A DNA stretch of 64,000 bases, taken from positions 1 to 64,000 of the forward strand of contig DF237242.1 of NCBI GenBank assembly GCA_000708835.1. Direction: 5' to 3'. This document shows, in pieces, positions 21,301 to 34,028 of this stretch. The DNA is from Klebsormidium nitens (taxonomy: Eukaryota > Plantae > Klebsormidiophyceae). Numbering within the stretch: position 1 is the stretch's first letter; the number at the start of each line of letters is the position of its first letter. A program made the position numbers and the translations under genes. The notes beneath the pieces were generated by a model. It had not been told where the DNA came from and ran no database searches. It was given only the letters and a program-made list of their open reading frames with translations.

Positions 21301-24037
21301 CGTGTTCTGCTTTGCATCCTGTAGAGATGTGATTGCGCTCAGCTTGTTTCATTCTTAGCCAGAGAACTCAGACTCTCAGACTGATAGAGCCGACATGAAG
21401 TACCTTTCCGCATACAGAGTGCTGACGCAAACCAGTGCAAACATATGTGTTCCAGTCATCAGCGATCTGCCCCTGACGATGTAGTTGCAGCTTCCCAACA
21501 ACCCTTTGCTGGATTCATTGTTGGCGGAACCAGTTCCAAGCTGAAGATGTATACGTTCAGTAAAACAAAACGCTGCGGAATGGTACCTGCCGACATTGGT
21601 TGCACAATTAGGGCTCTTACGACGATGATTGAACGTGTTTGTCATTCACTGATCCAAAAGCAAAAGCACCTACAGCTGAATCCTCCGTGAGCTGCTGTTA
21701 TGCAACAGCCAGCTTCAACTAAAAGCCTCCAAAAAACCCTGAATCCTACCAGCTTAAATCAACTCACCAGGGGGCTTTCCTTTTAGGCCCTGGTCACAAG
21801 GCTTTTTTAAGCCCACAGATAAACTTGAAACTTTCTAACCCTGAGATCCCTAGCCCCGAAACCCTCCACCTTCAGACCTTGAACCCGGAATCCTCGTTAC
21901 AGCCACCTTAACCTGTGTTCTTTGAGTTGTTTGGCATCTCTCGGTCTATAACAATACCATCCACAAGGCCTACTGCATCAAATCACCTATATGAACGCCA
22001 TCTCTCAGCTACTCGTTTTCTTCTAGCTCAATCATAGGCGGCAAACCATAGCAATGCAGGTTCTCTCGAGCTCAGACCCAAAACCTTTGACATTTGATGG
22101 ATCTTGGAGCTTTCACTCGCGCTTTCGAGAACGAAACGCTGAACTCCATGAGTGCTGTCCGTTCGCCCCCATCATTCTCTGGGGCTTAACAATCTGCACC
22201 CTCTCCGTATGTTTTTCTAGATCACAATCCCAGAACCAAAACCCCAAATCCAAAATCCTTAACCTCGATATGCAATCCTCTTGCCAACACTTACCACCGT
22301 CACAGTGAAAGCTGTCCGCTCCACCTCTTCGTTCTCCTCCGGCTTGACCATCAGTGGCAGCTCCAATCGGTCCAGCATATCCCCTTTCATCCCCACGCAG
22401 ATGTAGCCCGTCGTGTGCTTGAGCATGAAGGCAATATCTTCAGGGGTCGTGTGCGAGGCCGCCATGATGAGGTCACCCTCGTTCTCGCGGTTCTCATCAT
22501 CGACCACCAACACAAACTGCATCGAAAATGCATATTCTAACATTAAATCACTCCCTGGAATGAATCGCATTGTGCGGCTGGAATCTTGGAAATCTTTGGC
22601 TGAGAGAGTTGGGCGAGCACCATTGACGGTTACATGTCCATCTAAAGTCGTTCTTGCCCTCAAAACCCTCCTGTCACCCCATCAACACAAACCGTGTCAG
22701 CCAAAACTGGGGCGTCGTGAAAGCCAGTACGGAAGCCAAATCATTGGCCCAGGGGGTGCCAAGACCATCATTTCCTACTGAAAGTCCCAAATGAATGAGT
22801 CTTCTCAATTAAACTACATATTGTTCGCTGCTCTAAACAGGCTTTCGCTTCAATCAACACTCCCAGCCTCCCATACAAGGAAAATTGCATCATCCCTATG
22901 ACTCCAACCGAAGCAACCACTAAGACATCAACTACAAAAGGTAGTTGGCGATGTGCGCCATCAGCCAAAACGTCATTTGAGCTAAGCTCCCTGTCTTTTC
23001 ACATCGTCTTTTCCTTGACATCAACTTCTGAAACGTGCCTGAGCTCTCGTTTATGCAATGCAGGTCAATGCGGAACGGCCCGCCCTGACTGCCTTTCAAA
23101 TAGGTCGATTCAGGTCGATCCAGACAGCCTAATAAGAATGAGGATTGGGCCCATTTGTGCAGTTTCACATGCATGAAATGGACCCCAATGCAGGATGGTC
23201 AAAGAATTGTGGGCATCCGACAGCCACAGTGTGCAAATCAAACCACATGGCCCCAATGCTGCCTCTACTGATAGACAACAAAGGAGAATGAAAGGCACCA
23301 AAAGAGTGTCAAATGAAACAGGCAGAACCAGGCTGCTCCATGCCTACTGGAAAGAGGAATGCGGAGTAGCAATCGAAAAAACTGAGGAGGAGTGCAATAA
23401 CCCTAATACTAATATAATCCCTAAATTTCAAACACAAAACCGCTTTGCCAAGGACTGCATCCCGCCAGACGCACCACTCCTTACATCAAAAGTGACGCGG
23501 TGTAACTTCCCCCTGCACCACTGCATCAATCAGTTCCTAAAACCTTCTTCAAACCCTGTCCACACTTGTAAATGGAGCTACGATGCATGCCACACGCACC
23601 TTCCCTTGCCGGATTGCCTCGACTGCTTCCTTGATGCTGTCAAACCCGGGCGTCGGTTGGTCCAGATCAGTCCCATCTGCCTCGCTCACAAAGAAGAGCT
23701 CCTCAGGCTCCAAAACCCTGGCTTTGAAGGTTGGCGTTCCGTTTGCCGGCGCATCGGCGAGCCTTTCCCCAACTTTGCCGGGCTCAAGCACAGGCACTGC
23801 CGCCCCATTGTCTGTTGATTCAGACCTACTTTCCTGCGCTGTAACTGCACCATTACCACTAGATGCGGACTGGCAGCTAATAAGGGATTCGGTTTGGAAA
23901 GGAACTGGCGCTGAAGGGTGCGCATGGGGGCCTCTGTGAGGGCGGAGAGAGTGGAGAGGCGTCCGGAGATCAAGCCTGCAGGGAACAAATGACGGTTTGG
24001 ACAAGGATGAAGCAACAATGCTGTTTGATAAAGTCAT
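18386..24037 (-). CDS. RIBA: Chloroplast bifunctional DHBP synthase / GTP cyclohydrolase II (RibBA). Exons 24037-23600, 22516-22295, 21318-21169, 20704-20300, 19811-19606, 19037-18975, 18574-18386
   Basis: Transit-peptide-like N-terminus; [50 protein letters not shown]...[36 protein letters not shown]. All junctions are GT-AG and in phase. Confidence 0.96.
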
Positions 24038-25302
24038 TCAGGGGTTATTCAGTCACCTGAAGCAGCATCACTAAGCTGAGATATGTTCCTCGACATGCCG
24101 AGGACCCCTTGACCAGTTGTCAAACTGGTCTTGTGACACATTGACCATCAAACCGGCAGCATTCGATCTGTGCTGCCAAGCCCCTCTGCGATTCGCTGAA
24201 ACAGCTTATGCAAACCAGTAAGTTTGATATCCAAACCGGGACAATCTGAATGTGATGCCCGGCGAACGGCATTCAAGTCTGCAAAATGGTTTGAAAGGTC
24301 TCCGCCTCATACTTTGTTTATGGGCCAGCATATCAGAGTTGGCTGCAAATGGCTGCAAGAGAGCAGATTTGCTGATCAAAATGAGACCTGAAATGTGCGG
24401 CGATGATGAGCAAATAAGAGCCTGATGGTTTGAGCACATGCCAAGCGAAGCTTTAGAAGACTGATGTTACTAAGTCTCACCTTTGAAGATCTTGAAGCAC
24501 GTTGGCTGCTGCAAACTTCCCTCTATGGAAGCCAGCGGCCAACGACCCTGCCGGCTGCGTAGCCAGAAACGCTGACGATGCCATATGTGTCCAGACCCCT
24601 TAAGACAGTTTGAAGCTAAATCAGAAAGGTCAGGGGCAAAGTCTGGTCAATCAGATCCTTCTGTGCTCCGTCTACTTGCGACCAACATTAGTTGATGCTG
24701 CTTTTCCTTCCACCAAACGAAACCGGCTTTGTCTCTAAAATCTTTTTAAAAAGCATCAGAAAGGTTTCTTTTCCCCAAGAAGCCACCTCAAAGGCTGCTC
24801 CCCCCCAAGCCTCGCCGCCCTTTCGTAGATGGTTGGAAGTTGCTCCGGCCTTCTTGCAACCTGCTGGTTTCCTCCTGCAAAATGTCCAGAACTTCCACTG
24901 AAATCAACTTCCTTGCCATTTCCAAGCATGACGCCCGCGGTGCGCCTGCAACCAGACGCTTCCCACAATCTGTGGCAAATGTACACGCGGCAAGGTTTCC
25001 GCACTGGCCAGAATGGACGGCTGCGATGAGTCCACGGTTGTCCAGCTTTATATCCACGACGCGCTCATCGACGGCTCCGGAAGGGCGCCGCACAAGAAAG
25101 CTACGCGGTCCATTTTGGGAGAGCTTCTCTGATCCACATTTTGCCTTGCACTTTTTGCAAACCCTTTTGGAGGGCCTTCTCTAGCTCTCGCATCTCCTCT
25201 TTTTCTCGCAGCTGAAGGACGCCAAGGACCATACCGCCGGAGGGGAGAGGGGAGAGGAGTCGTCTTTTTAGGAAGAAGAAGCAGAAGGAAAGGTCGTGTA
25301 GC

Positions 25303-28300
25303 ATGGCGTCCTCTGTGGCGACGTTCGGGGTTCAGAGCCTCTCCAAGGCTGCATTTGGGGTGGCCACAAGGTGCGATGTTGCCACAAGTGGTCCTCAGAT
25401 GGCCTTTTGTAGTGGTGTGTGTGTCCCTGCTAGGGCCAGTAGCTTGAGAGCGAGCGCTTTCATCTCTGGGGTCAAAGGGTTGAAGCAGCAGGCTAGAAAA
25501 GCAGGGTGCATGAGGAGCGTGCAGGCAACGAGGCCGGGGATTGTCGCCCAGGCTGCCGGTAAGATATACCCGATAAGCTTATCAGCTCCCAGTCAAAGAC
25601 TAGAATGTTTCAAAGACTAGAATGTTTCACTTGTGAAACCTTTTTATCATTGTTTTGTTTTTTGAGGGAGAGTTATTATTATTTGTTTATCGAAGGAAAG
25701 CAAATGTGTTCCCAGCGCACCCCTGTGGTGCATGGCTTTGAGCTTGACCACCGTCTCGACCATCGTTGACCAAAGTTCGTTTGTAAAGTTTTGAGCCGTC
25801 AGGACAAGGGGGGTTTACTTGAGGAACGGATGTGGTTGAATGCGAGTTTTCATTTTTGAGCGTCCAACCAGTTTCCGGCACCCGGTAGCATCAGCTTTCT
25901 GAATTCAACATGAAATTGTCTTGACGAATGGACTGTCTACGGGTTTGGTGCATCCGTTTTTCTAGGAGGGGCCAGAAACATATGAGATTCTACATTCTGT
26001 GCGGTGCATTAAAGAGCGACATATCATCAATGATCAATCTGATGCTGTCTAGCCTGCTGAAGAGAGATGCTATGCAATCAGACCGGCGCAGAACTAGGTT
26101 ATTGTGGTTGCGCTCGTGCCGTGAAGGCAACCAAGCTAGAGCACCGTTTCGTCTTTTGGGAAGCTTTGCTAGCCTGAAGCCTTCTGCCATGCCCCTTTGA
26201 ACCTGGCCCACGCACTCCGCATCTGGCCTGTCGCCTTGAGCCCGTCGATGTTGTCTTCTTCCATAATGCCAATTGACGCTTCCTGTTCACATAACAAGGA
26301 TTGATTCTTTCAGCTGGCATGCAAGCAGGTTTAGACGTTGTTTCTGGGATTTGTTCGTCTTAGGCACGTTGGTACATGAATCTCTCTCTCCAATAGGCGG
26401 GTAGCTCTGATCTTCCTTGCTTGCGTGCAAAACTGGCAAGAGTGTACATGTTGGAGACATACGCCGGGACAGGCTCTGCATTCATGATTGCATATGTCGA
26501 GACAGGCCCTGCATCCATGATTACCTTCTTTTTCGATCAATCTGCATGTTGCTCCGCATGCCAGTCTGTGTAGAGGCAGAAAGGCAGTTGAGAACATGCA
26601 GCTTCTCACCATTTGTGATGATAGTTAGACCCTGGCCTTTTGCGGTTTGAGTCGTTGGTCGGTAGTAATGTATGCGAACCCTAATGTGAAAGTTGGGACC
26701 ACTTCTGGTTGGGAGCGCTTCCAAATGGTAATGGTGTGCAGCTTTTGACTGCTGACCAGGTCGGAAGCCTGACACTTGCTTCCAGCCTGGGCTTGCGCAT
26801 GGTTGAGCATTCAATGTTTCGCGCCCTCTCTTTTTGGGTGGTGCATATTGTTGAGCAACAATCTGCTCTTATCTGTTGACATGCCCGAGCAGATGTTCAT
26901 TCTGCGGAGCGAAGCAGGCTCTTGATTTGTAAGGTTCTAGTGGCTGCGCTTGTAAGTTAGGGGTATAGTCTGCCTCAAAATGCCTTGGATTTTGAGAGGT
27001 GATCTCTCTCATACAGTGCACACCTTTCCGGGGACATCGCTTTCAAATGCTGGGTCGGACGTCCACTCAAAAAGCCACATTTTGTTATGCTTCTGGCAAA
27101 TGTAGCCGCAAGCTTGTTCGGTGTGGCTGGTCAACAAACAAGTGTGCGTGTGGAGTCAAGAAGAGAGACGTTTGGCAATTCATTTTCTTGCTTGCATCGT
27201 CTTTGGATGTGCATTGTCTTGTCTGCATGTTGTTGCCATGCCAATCTTGTCACCTGGCACACTGGTTGGGTCTGCGCATGTTGACCGCTTTTGTTTGAGT
27301 GATTCCTAGGTCTTGAGCAGGTTTGTTCGGGTTTCTGTTTGGCTTGAATGCTGTCAATCTGCCTAAGTTGCATGTGTTGCTTCAGCCCTCTTTCTCGTGC
27401 TTTTATGCAGATTGATCCGGTGCTGGACTTTATTTATCCTTTGAGACATCGCTGCGTCTCTCCTGTGCTGAGAGACGTCCTTGACTAAACCGCTGGTTGT
27501 CCCATATCATGCCGATTGTAAAAGTTAGGAGTTTTCTTTCTCTCGGAGTGTTGGTTGGGGAGAGACTCCAGCCCTATTGGGAAGAGAATTTCCGCGTCAA
27601 AGAGCAAGGGAGATTGTTGAGAAGGGACTCAGCACAATGTATTCGAACCTTCTGTTCCTTGCCAGCTGGCGAACTTAATGATGTCGACCCGCTTACAAAA
27701 AGTTGCTGACCGCTTGGAACCTTGAACCCCGCAGCATTCATAATTTTGCCCAAGTGGTTGTTCCAAGCTCTTTTGCCTCCATGCGGTTGCAAATTCCTCC
27801 CTCAGTAATGCAACAGTCAAAAGTTGCAAAATCCGCAAGTCTGACACTACTCTTGTGTGTTTTGCTTCTTTGTCAACAGACATGCTCTACGTGTTGTTAT
27901 TTGAGGTGCACGAAATCAGTCTTGTCCACTGCCGAATTTGATGAGAAGCAAACCATCAAAAGATTCCTTGCAGTTATGATTGACACCTTTAAAGGCCCCT
28001 TTTACAAGATGTCTTGACCTTGCGTACTCAATACCCCGATGGTCCCAACCCAAAAGCCTCTGTTCTTGGCGGTTTACAAGACGCCCAGTTCCAGCATCCA
28101 ACTAGTATTGATGGAGCGTTAACCGGAGACTCTCACATCTTTGGAACTGCAAAGCGCGAAATTTTTGTTCTTCTCCCCTGCCAGCTGGCGAACTCGACGT
28201 CCCGACTGTCGCCGACACAAAGGCCTCCTTTTTGGCGGCCTACAAGAAGCCCATCCCCAGCATCTACAACAACGTCCTCCAGGAGCTCCTTGTGTTGCAC

Positions 28301-31300
28301 CACTTTGTGCGCTTTAACAGCGACTACAAGTACGACCCCATCTTCGCGCTGGGCCTGGTGACAGTTTACGACCAGTTGTTCGACGGGTACCGCAACGGGG
28401 CCGAGGAGAAGGAGACGATCTTCCAAGCGTACATCAATGCGCTCCAGGAGAGTCCCGAGCAGTACAGGTGAGCAACGTGTACTTGTTTTCTTGTTGGCCT
28501 TGTTGGGATTCTCGCGTTTGGGTGTCGGCTTTCGGGTTTCGGGTTTCGTGTTTCGTATTTTGGGTGTCGGTTCTTTGTGGTGCTTTTAGCTTCATCCCAA
28601 CACATGGTGGGTCGTGCAATGGGTCGAGGAGAAGCAGAAGGTTTTGTAGGGCGTGAATGTTTGCGCTTACGAAAGTCCTGAGCAAGCTGGATCAGTAAAG
28701 GTGAGAGGAGGAGTATGTTGGTACCTTCTGTAGGAGCATTCTGAAGAGTTAGGTTCGCGGAGCTTCTTCAGGGGACTTTCGACCAGTAGGCGGCAGATAG
28801 TTTCAGGTCGGGTTTAAAGGTCGTGGGATACTTGTTGATTTTTCGCTCATGTTTGTGGCTCTGTTGACAGTCGCAACTGGCCTTTTGACGGTTGAAGAGT
28901 CGGCCGAAATTTTCTCTCATCTGTGTTCGTTCCATTGTACTCGAGGGTGCGGGATGGGCCACCGCGAGAGTGGGCAGGAGCTCGTTGGGCAGCTCGAAAC
29001 AGAACTCTGAAGAAAACTCGCCGAGATACCAAGCATAGTCGAAAGCACCTTATGTAGCAAAGATGCTGGGGTGTTTGGCCAGATGAGCCAGCGCCAAACG
29101 ACAGCACGTTTTTTATAGTTGCTCGACGCCTTACCCAGATATATACAGACGCCGAGCTTCCGGCAAGGAAAACTCCAAACGTGGCATCCCACCTTTTGCC
29201 ACGCAAGACGATGAGGCGTTGGAGAAGGAAGTTGATGCCCAGACTGCAATTGGGGCTGAGACAGTTCGTCAGTAACACGTACAACTTGGAAGACCGCCAT
29301 GGCATCCATGCAGGCACGAATCCATACGCGCAATTCCGGTTTTAGGGAGTTAAAACCATTTTGAACCCGAAGGACTGAACAAGACCGAACAAGAGGCGTT
29401 GGAAGACTGAGCGGGCCCTCAGTTTGCGGGGGGTCTGAAACAGCTCCGCGAATACAGTGCAAGCATCCTTAGTAGGCAGAAACTACGAGAAAGACGAAGA
29501 TAGTGGTAGGCAAAGAGTACAAGACTTCAACCAGGAGGTCTTATCCGCTATATTGACCTGCAGGATGCGGAGGCGTGGAAAGTAGTGGGCTACGCCCAGT
29601 CTACGAAGAGCTTTTGAAAGAGCTTGTCAAATCATTCCCCCTCTGACCTCAGAGGTGTCCCTGCAATGCCTATGTTCTTAGTTTCGACCTAGTGAAGTTT
29701 GAGTCTGCAGGAATGATGCAGAAGCGTTGGAAGAGTGGGCGGGCGCCCAGTCTGCGGAGAGCGTGTTGAAGTTCGACGGGGACAGCGCAGCGGAGAAGGC
29801 GATGCAGGACGTCAGCACGCGGGCCAAGGAGGGCAACTTCCACTACAGCCGCTTCTTCGCTATCGGCCTCTTCAGGATACTGAACCTCGCCAAGGCGTCC
29901 GATCCTGCCACCCTCGAAAAGGTGAGCTTATCCTCTTGCTGCGGAATATTTGCGTGGTATTAAGTAAGATTGTTATGTTGTCTGCAGCCGCTTGGTTCGA
30001 AGTACGGCCAAGCCGTCTGCCCTTGCCACGGCCAAGCCTTCTGACCTTGCCGCTCTCGAACAAGTGCGTTTGTGAATGTCTGGGTGCAACATGCGCGCTC
30101 CGTTCGAGGTCCCTGAACTCGAATAGGATCAAGAGGGAGGTTAAGTTTCCTTACAGTTGCTTCTTCGCTTTTAGCCTCTGCGAAATATCCATTTCGGCTC
30201 CGCCGGGGGGTCGCGCCATACTCAGAACGGATTGTTTGTCGTGTTAATGGGGTTCGGCGTTCGCGCTTTGAATTATGATACAAAGTGGTATCTTTTGACC
30301 TGAACGAGAGAGGTCTTTGAGTTTCAACATAGCCGCTTGATCGCCATCAAGTCTCTCAAAGTAGATTTTGGACAAAGCGGCTATTTCATCTTTCGTGCAC
30401 AGAGTTCGACAGCCAGCCGTTTGTTCTTGGCTGCTTGTAGCATCGAAGCTCGCAAGGCCGCTAAACCTGCCATTTTTATTTCGTGCTTCTTAACAAATCT
30501 GCAGATGACCAGCGCGTTGAACGTGAGCAAGGCAAGTTAGACCCAGTCTATTTGGAATTCTTAAACTGCCAGTCCAACCCTAAACCCTCGCACGTGCACC
30601 TGACATCGACCATTTTCCTAGCCCCTTTTCCTTTTTTCGAATGTGCAGATTGACCAACGTGACCAAGGCAAGAGCAGACTGCGATTGTCGAAGTCCCGCA
30701 CTTGCCATTATAACATCGACCGTTAGCCTAACCCGATTTTCCTGAATCGACGTACAGTCGATAAGCGTTCGAGCGCGAGCAAGGGGAGCGTAGACCGTGT
30801 CTAACTCAAAGCGTTTCCAAATACAAACCCTTCGAGTCCACGGTTTTCTTAACCCGTTTTCCTTTTGAGCGATTTGCAGTTGACCAGTGCGTTGAACGTG
30901 AGCAAGGCGAGCGTAGAATGACGGTTACCCTAATTCGTTTCCTTGACGACCGTGCAGTTGACCAGCGCGTTGGACGTGAGCAAGGCGAGCGTAGACCATG
31001 TCTTTAACACAAACTCTGTCGTTGACATGACGGTCACCCTAACCCGTGTCTTTAACGACCGTGCAGTCGACCAGCACGTTGAACGTGAGCAAGGCGAGCG
31101 TAGACCATGTCTTAACACAAACTCTGTTGTTGACATGACGGTCACCCTAACCCGTTTTCGTAACGACCGTGCAGTTGACCAGCGCGCTGAACGTGAGCAA
31201 GGCGAGCGTAGACCCTGTCTATACATAGAAGTGTCGTTTCGACATGACGGTTACTCTAATTCGTTCCTTGACGACCGTGCAGTTGACCAGCGCGTTGAAC

Positions 31301-31913
31301 GTGAGCAAGGCGAGCGTAGACCGGGACCTCGACATTTACCGGGGGCTGCTGACCAAGCTGGCGGCGGCCAAGGAGCTCCTACAAGAGTTCCTCGAGAGGT
31401 GAGAACATGGTTGCCAGAGAGGCCCGTACAGTAGCTTATTACTTTGGGTTATTCTGCAACGAAAACGGGGCAAGCGGATGAGTTGGCTGTGTCCTGCCGA
31501 AGCCGGAGCGGACATAGTCATGTCAGATGTCAACGCTTCATGGACGAGCTTCCATAAGCCTTTTCGAAGGGTGCAACAATTGTGGAAGAAGGCATTATCA
31601 CGTGGTGCGATCAGCGTTTCTGTCAAGAGGCTGCCCTTTACCCCGTCTATCGGCCCAAAAGCTCTCACAGTTGCCGATCGTTGATGCAAATTACGAGATG
31701 CATTAGAGAGCTGTCATACTACTCGTTGGTGACGAAATGAAGTGGCTCAAAGATGAAGGATCTCTTTTGGTTTTTTTGTCGAGTAGCTCAAGTGTCGGTT
31801 CGAAACTGACGCCTTTTGTTCCGGTTTTCAGGGAGCAGAAGAAGGCTGCGGAGCGGAAATCGGAGCAAGAGGCGAAAGCGGTGCCGTCAACCCCCGCAGC
31901 GGAGTCGTCCTGA
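25303..31913 (+). CDS. THF1: THYLAKOID FORMATION 1 (Psb29). Exons 25303-25558, 28185-28467, 29711-29921, 31283-31398, 31832-31913
   Basis: PTVADTKASFLAAYKKPIPSIYNNVLQELLV..YKYDPIFALGLVTVYDQL, FHYSRFFAIGLFR, SVDRDLDIYRGLLTKL. Transit peptide present and junctions in phase. Confidence 0.96.
30501..31325 (+). repeat. Tandem array of seven decoy copies of the THF1 exon 4 acceptor + first ~40 nt, followed by the real exon
   Basis: (g/a)cag|ttgaccagcgcgttgaacgtgagcaaggcgagcgtagacc-like units at ~30501, 30645, 30754, 30876, 30954, 31063, 31171; real exon at 31279. Similarity rises toward the real exon. Confidence 0.92.
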
Positions 31914-34028
31914 TTGTCCGCTGAAACTATGCATTGCATCGAGCATGTTTTGACTTGGCGAGCATCGCGTTCCGAGTGAGGGGAAGAGTCCCGAGCTAGA
32001 CTTGTACGTAAGCCCTCCTGTTTGTGCGGTTGCGGACTAGTAAAAGTTCGTGTGCTGGCTTCGAACGGCCAGGTGACGTCCGCACTGATCAAAAGTGACG
32101 TCAGTTGACTAGTGCTGGCCTCAGGAGCGTAAGGACTGACAGCTGGAGACAACAACGCTGTTCCGTTATTTTCGCATGATTTAGACGGTTCCCTTGTAGG
32201 TACCAATCGGCTATGTTGTAAACATTGAATCAAAGGTCGTTATTGAATCTTCGGTTCAGAGTTGTCCGACAACGGTCAGGCACATCAGGCTGCGATCGCC
32301 ACATCAAGCTCCGACCCTGGTTTACGGTGGCCGGCCCAACAACAATGGCTGAAAGGCTCAGATCTCAGTGCCAATGCCTCATGCAACTTCGACTTTGCAT
32401 GCGAAATCAGTGCGGCGCCAGTTGGCCATGCCGGACTTGCATGTACCTCATCATGACATGGAGTTGTTGATAGTGATATAGGTAAATGAATTACATGCAC
32501 TTGCCAAAAATCAAATTACCTTCTACATGTTGGCTGCGCGCGCTTCCGCGATTGTAGACTGAGTACTAATTAGACAGTCAAGCCTGGGGGTGGCGGTTGG
32601 GCGGCGAGAGCCTTAGTATGACATGCATGACCCAAGCTGACTCACGTACGTAGCACCATGCATGCAGCATGTATGATATTCAACGATGGAAGCCGCGCCA
32701 AGTATATAACTGCTGGCAATTCAATCAAACGAACTTAGCTTGTGTGGTTATTGGGTGCGCAAACACTGACATTCACATGTGATGGCACGTAGCGCTGCAT
32801 GCATATGGCATATAAAGAGCAATATGCAAGTGCTGGCCGGCCGCGGCGGCGCTCCGACTCTTACTAAGTATCTAAATGCAGATCGCAAGACCGTCAGTGG
32901 TGGGCCATGCACGGCACTGCTTGAGCCTGTCACTGGCTGAAAAACAACAGGCGGCGGATTCTCGTGGTCTGTCTGATGCGCATTGCGCCGTCACTGGCAC
33001 GTACTGGCTGCACGTGCCCGTACCGGTGTGCATCATATGATCATACATGTGCATATGCACGTGATAAGTCGATCAAGTGCAACCAGGCCGACCCGGTATA
33101 CCTCATTTATGAGAAAAGTTTGATATAATCATATGTATCATAACACGTTACCGGTATGTGCGCATGCATCATCATCATCATGGAGATTGTTCCAATTTGC
33201 AGGCGCCGGCTCCCATTTGAGTTGAAGCTTGTCCGACAGTGTAAAGTAGGACATGACGGCTTAAGTTGTTGGCAAGCTGATGAATAGTGAGGCGCGGCTC
33301 ATGTCAGTGTTGGGTCACAATAAATGCCATTCCACATCAAAGGCAGGAAGAACGGCTTTCAATCATCTGGATACTTTCTCCGTACCCCGGCGCAAGAATC
33401 TAAGCTGCGATTGGAACGAGCTTCGCCCTACGCGCCGTTAACACCGTGTTTCCAATCGAAGGGGCTTTCTCCATGCGCAATCCTTCGTAGTGAAACGGGT
33501 TCTATCAGAAAGTTGCTTTACAGCGCCGCAACGCCGGTCAATCCATTCTTCACACACTCCGGTTTTTCTGACTTGTCGCGGCAGAACCTTCCCCTTGTAA
33601 ACGAGCACTTATGCGTCAGGCGCTATATATACACGTTTATACGACCGCCCACCGCAAAGCCGTAGTATCACGTCCGACCACGTGAACGTGTGCTCTGATA
33701 GATGCCTATAGTTTCCTTGCTCTCTTTCCACCCTCCACCCCACTTCCGTTTGCCGGCATCTATGCAAGCCTCTTCGCGCCAAACAGTTTCAGCTTCTACA
33801 TGGATAACGAGCCCCCTCCAACAAGTCGCAGTATTACCGCTTATCGATCCTTCATCTCGCATCGGGTGGGTTTCGTCCGTCGCATATGGCTCTAACCGAG
33901 CTTTTCTATACGCGCTTTGAGTGTTCAATTTCGACGCGGCTTAGAGCGCGCTACCCGATAAAATTCCATCCATGTCCTCTTAGTTTCCTCTTAGTTTCGC
34001 ATCGAAGGGATTTCCGCAACTGGGAGTC

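Noticed and set aside
21730-21900. Telomere-like aaaccct motifs (also ~28530, 30576, 36030, 58765)
   Set aside because: Short, degenerate intronic motifs, not a telomeric array.
24401-24465. Box C/D snoRNA candidate (ATGATGA...CTGA)
   Set aside because: It is antisense to the RIBA 5' region, has no clear terminal stem, and I could not identify an rRNA-complementary guide.
18386-25300. Bacterial rib operon / FMN riboswitch
   Set aside because: The gene is a spliced nuclear RIBA with a transit peptide, with no other rib genes and no RFN element.
30501-31325. CRISPR-like array (conserved ~45-bp unit with intervening sequence)
   Set aside because: The intervening sequences are homologous to each other, the unit is a THF1 exon edge, and no cas genes are present.
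30943-31434. Repeat-containing ORFs here and at 36684-37196
   Set aside because: They are by-products of the exon-edge tandem arrays, in non-coding frames.
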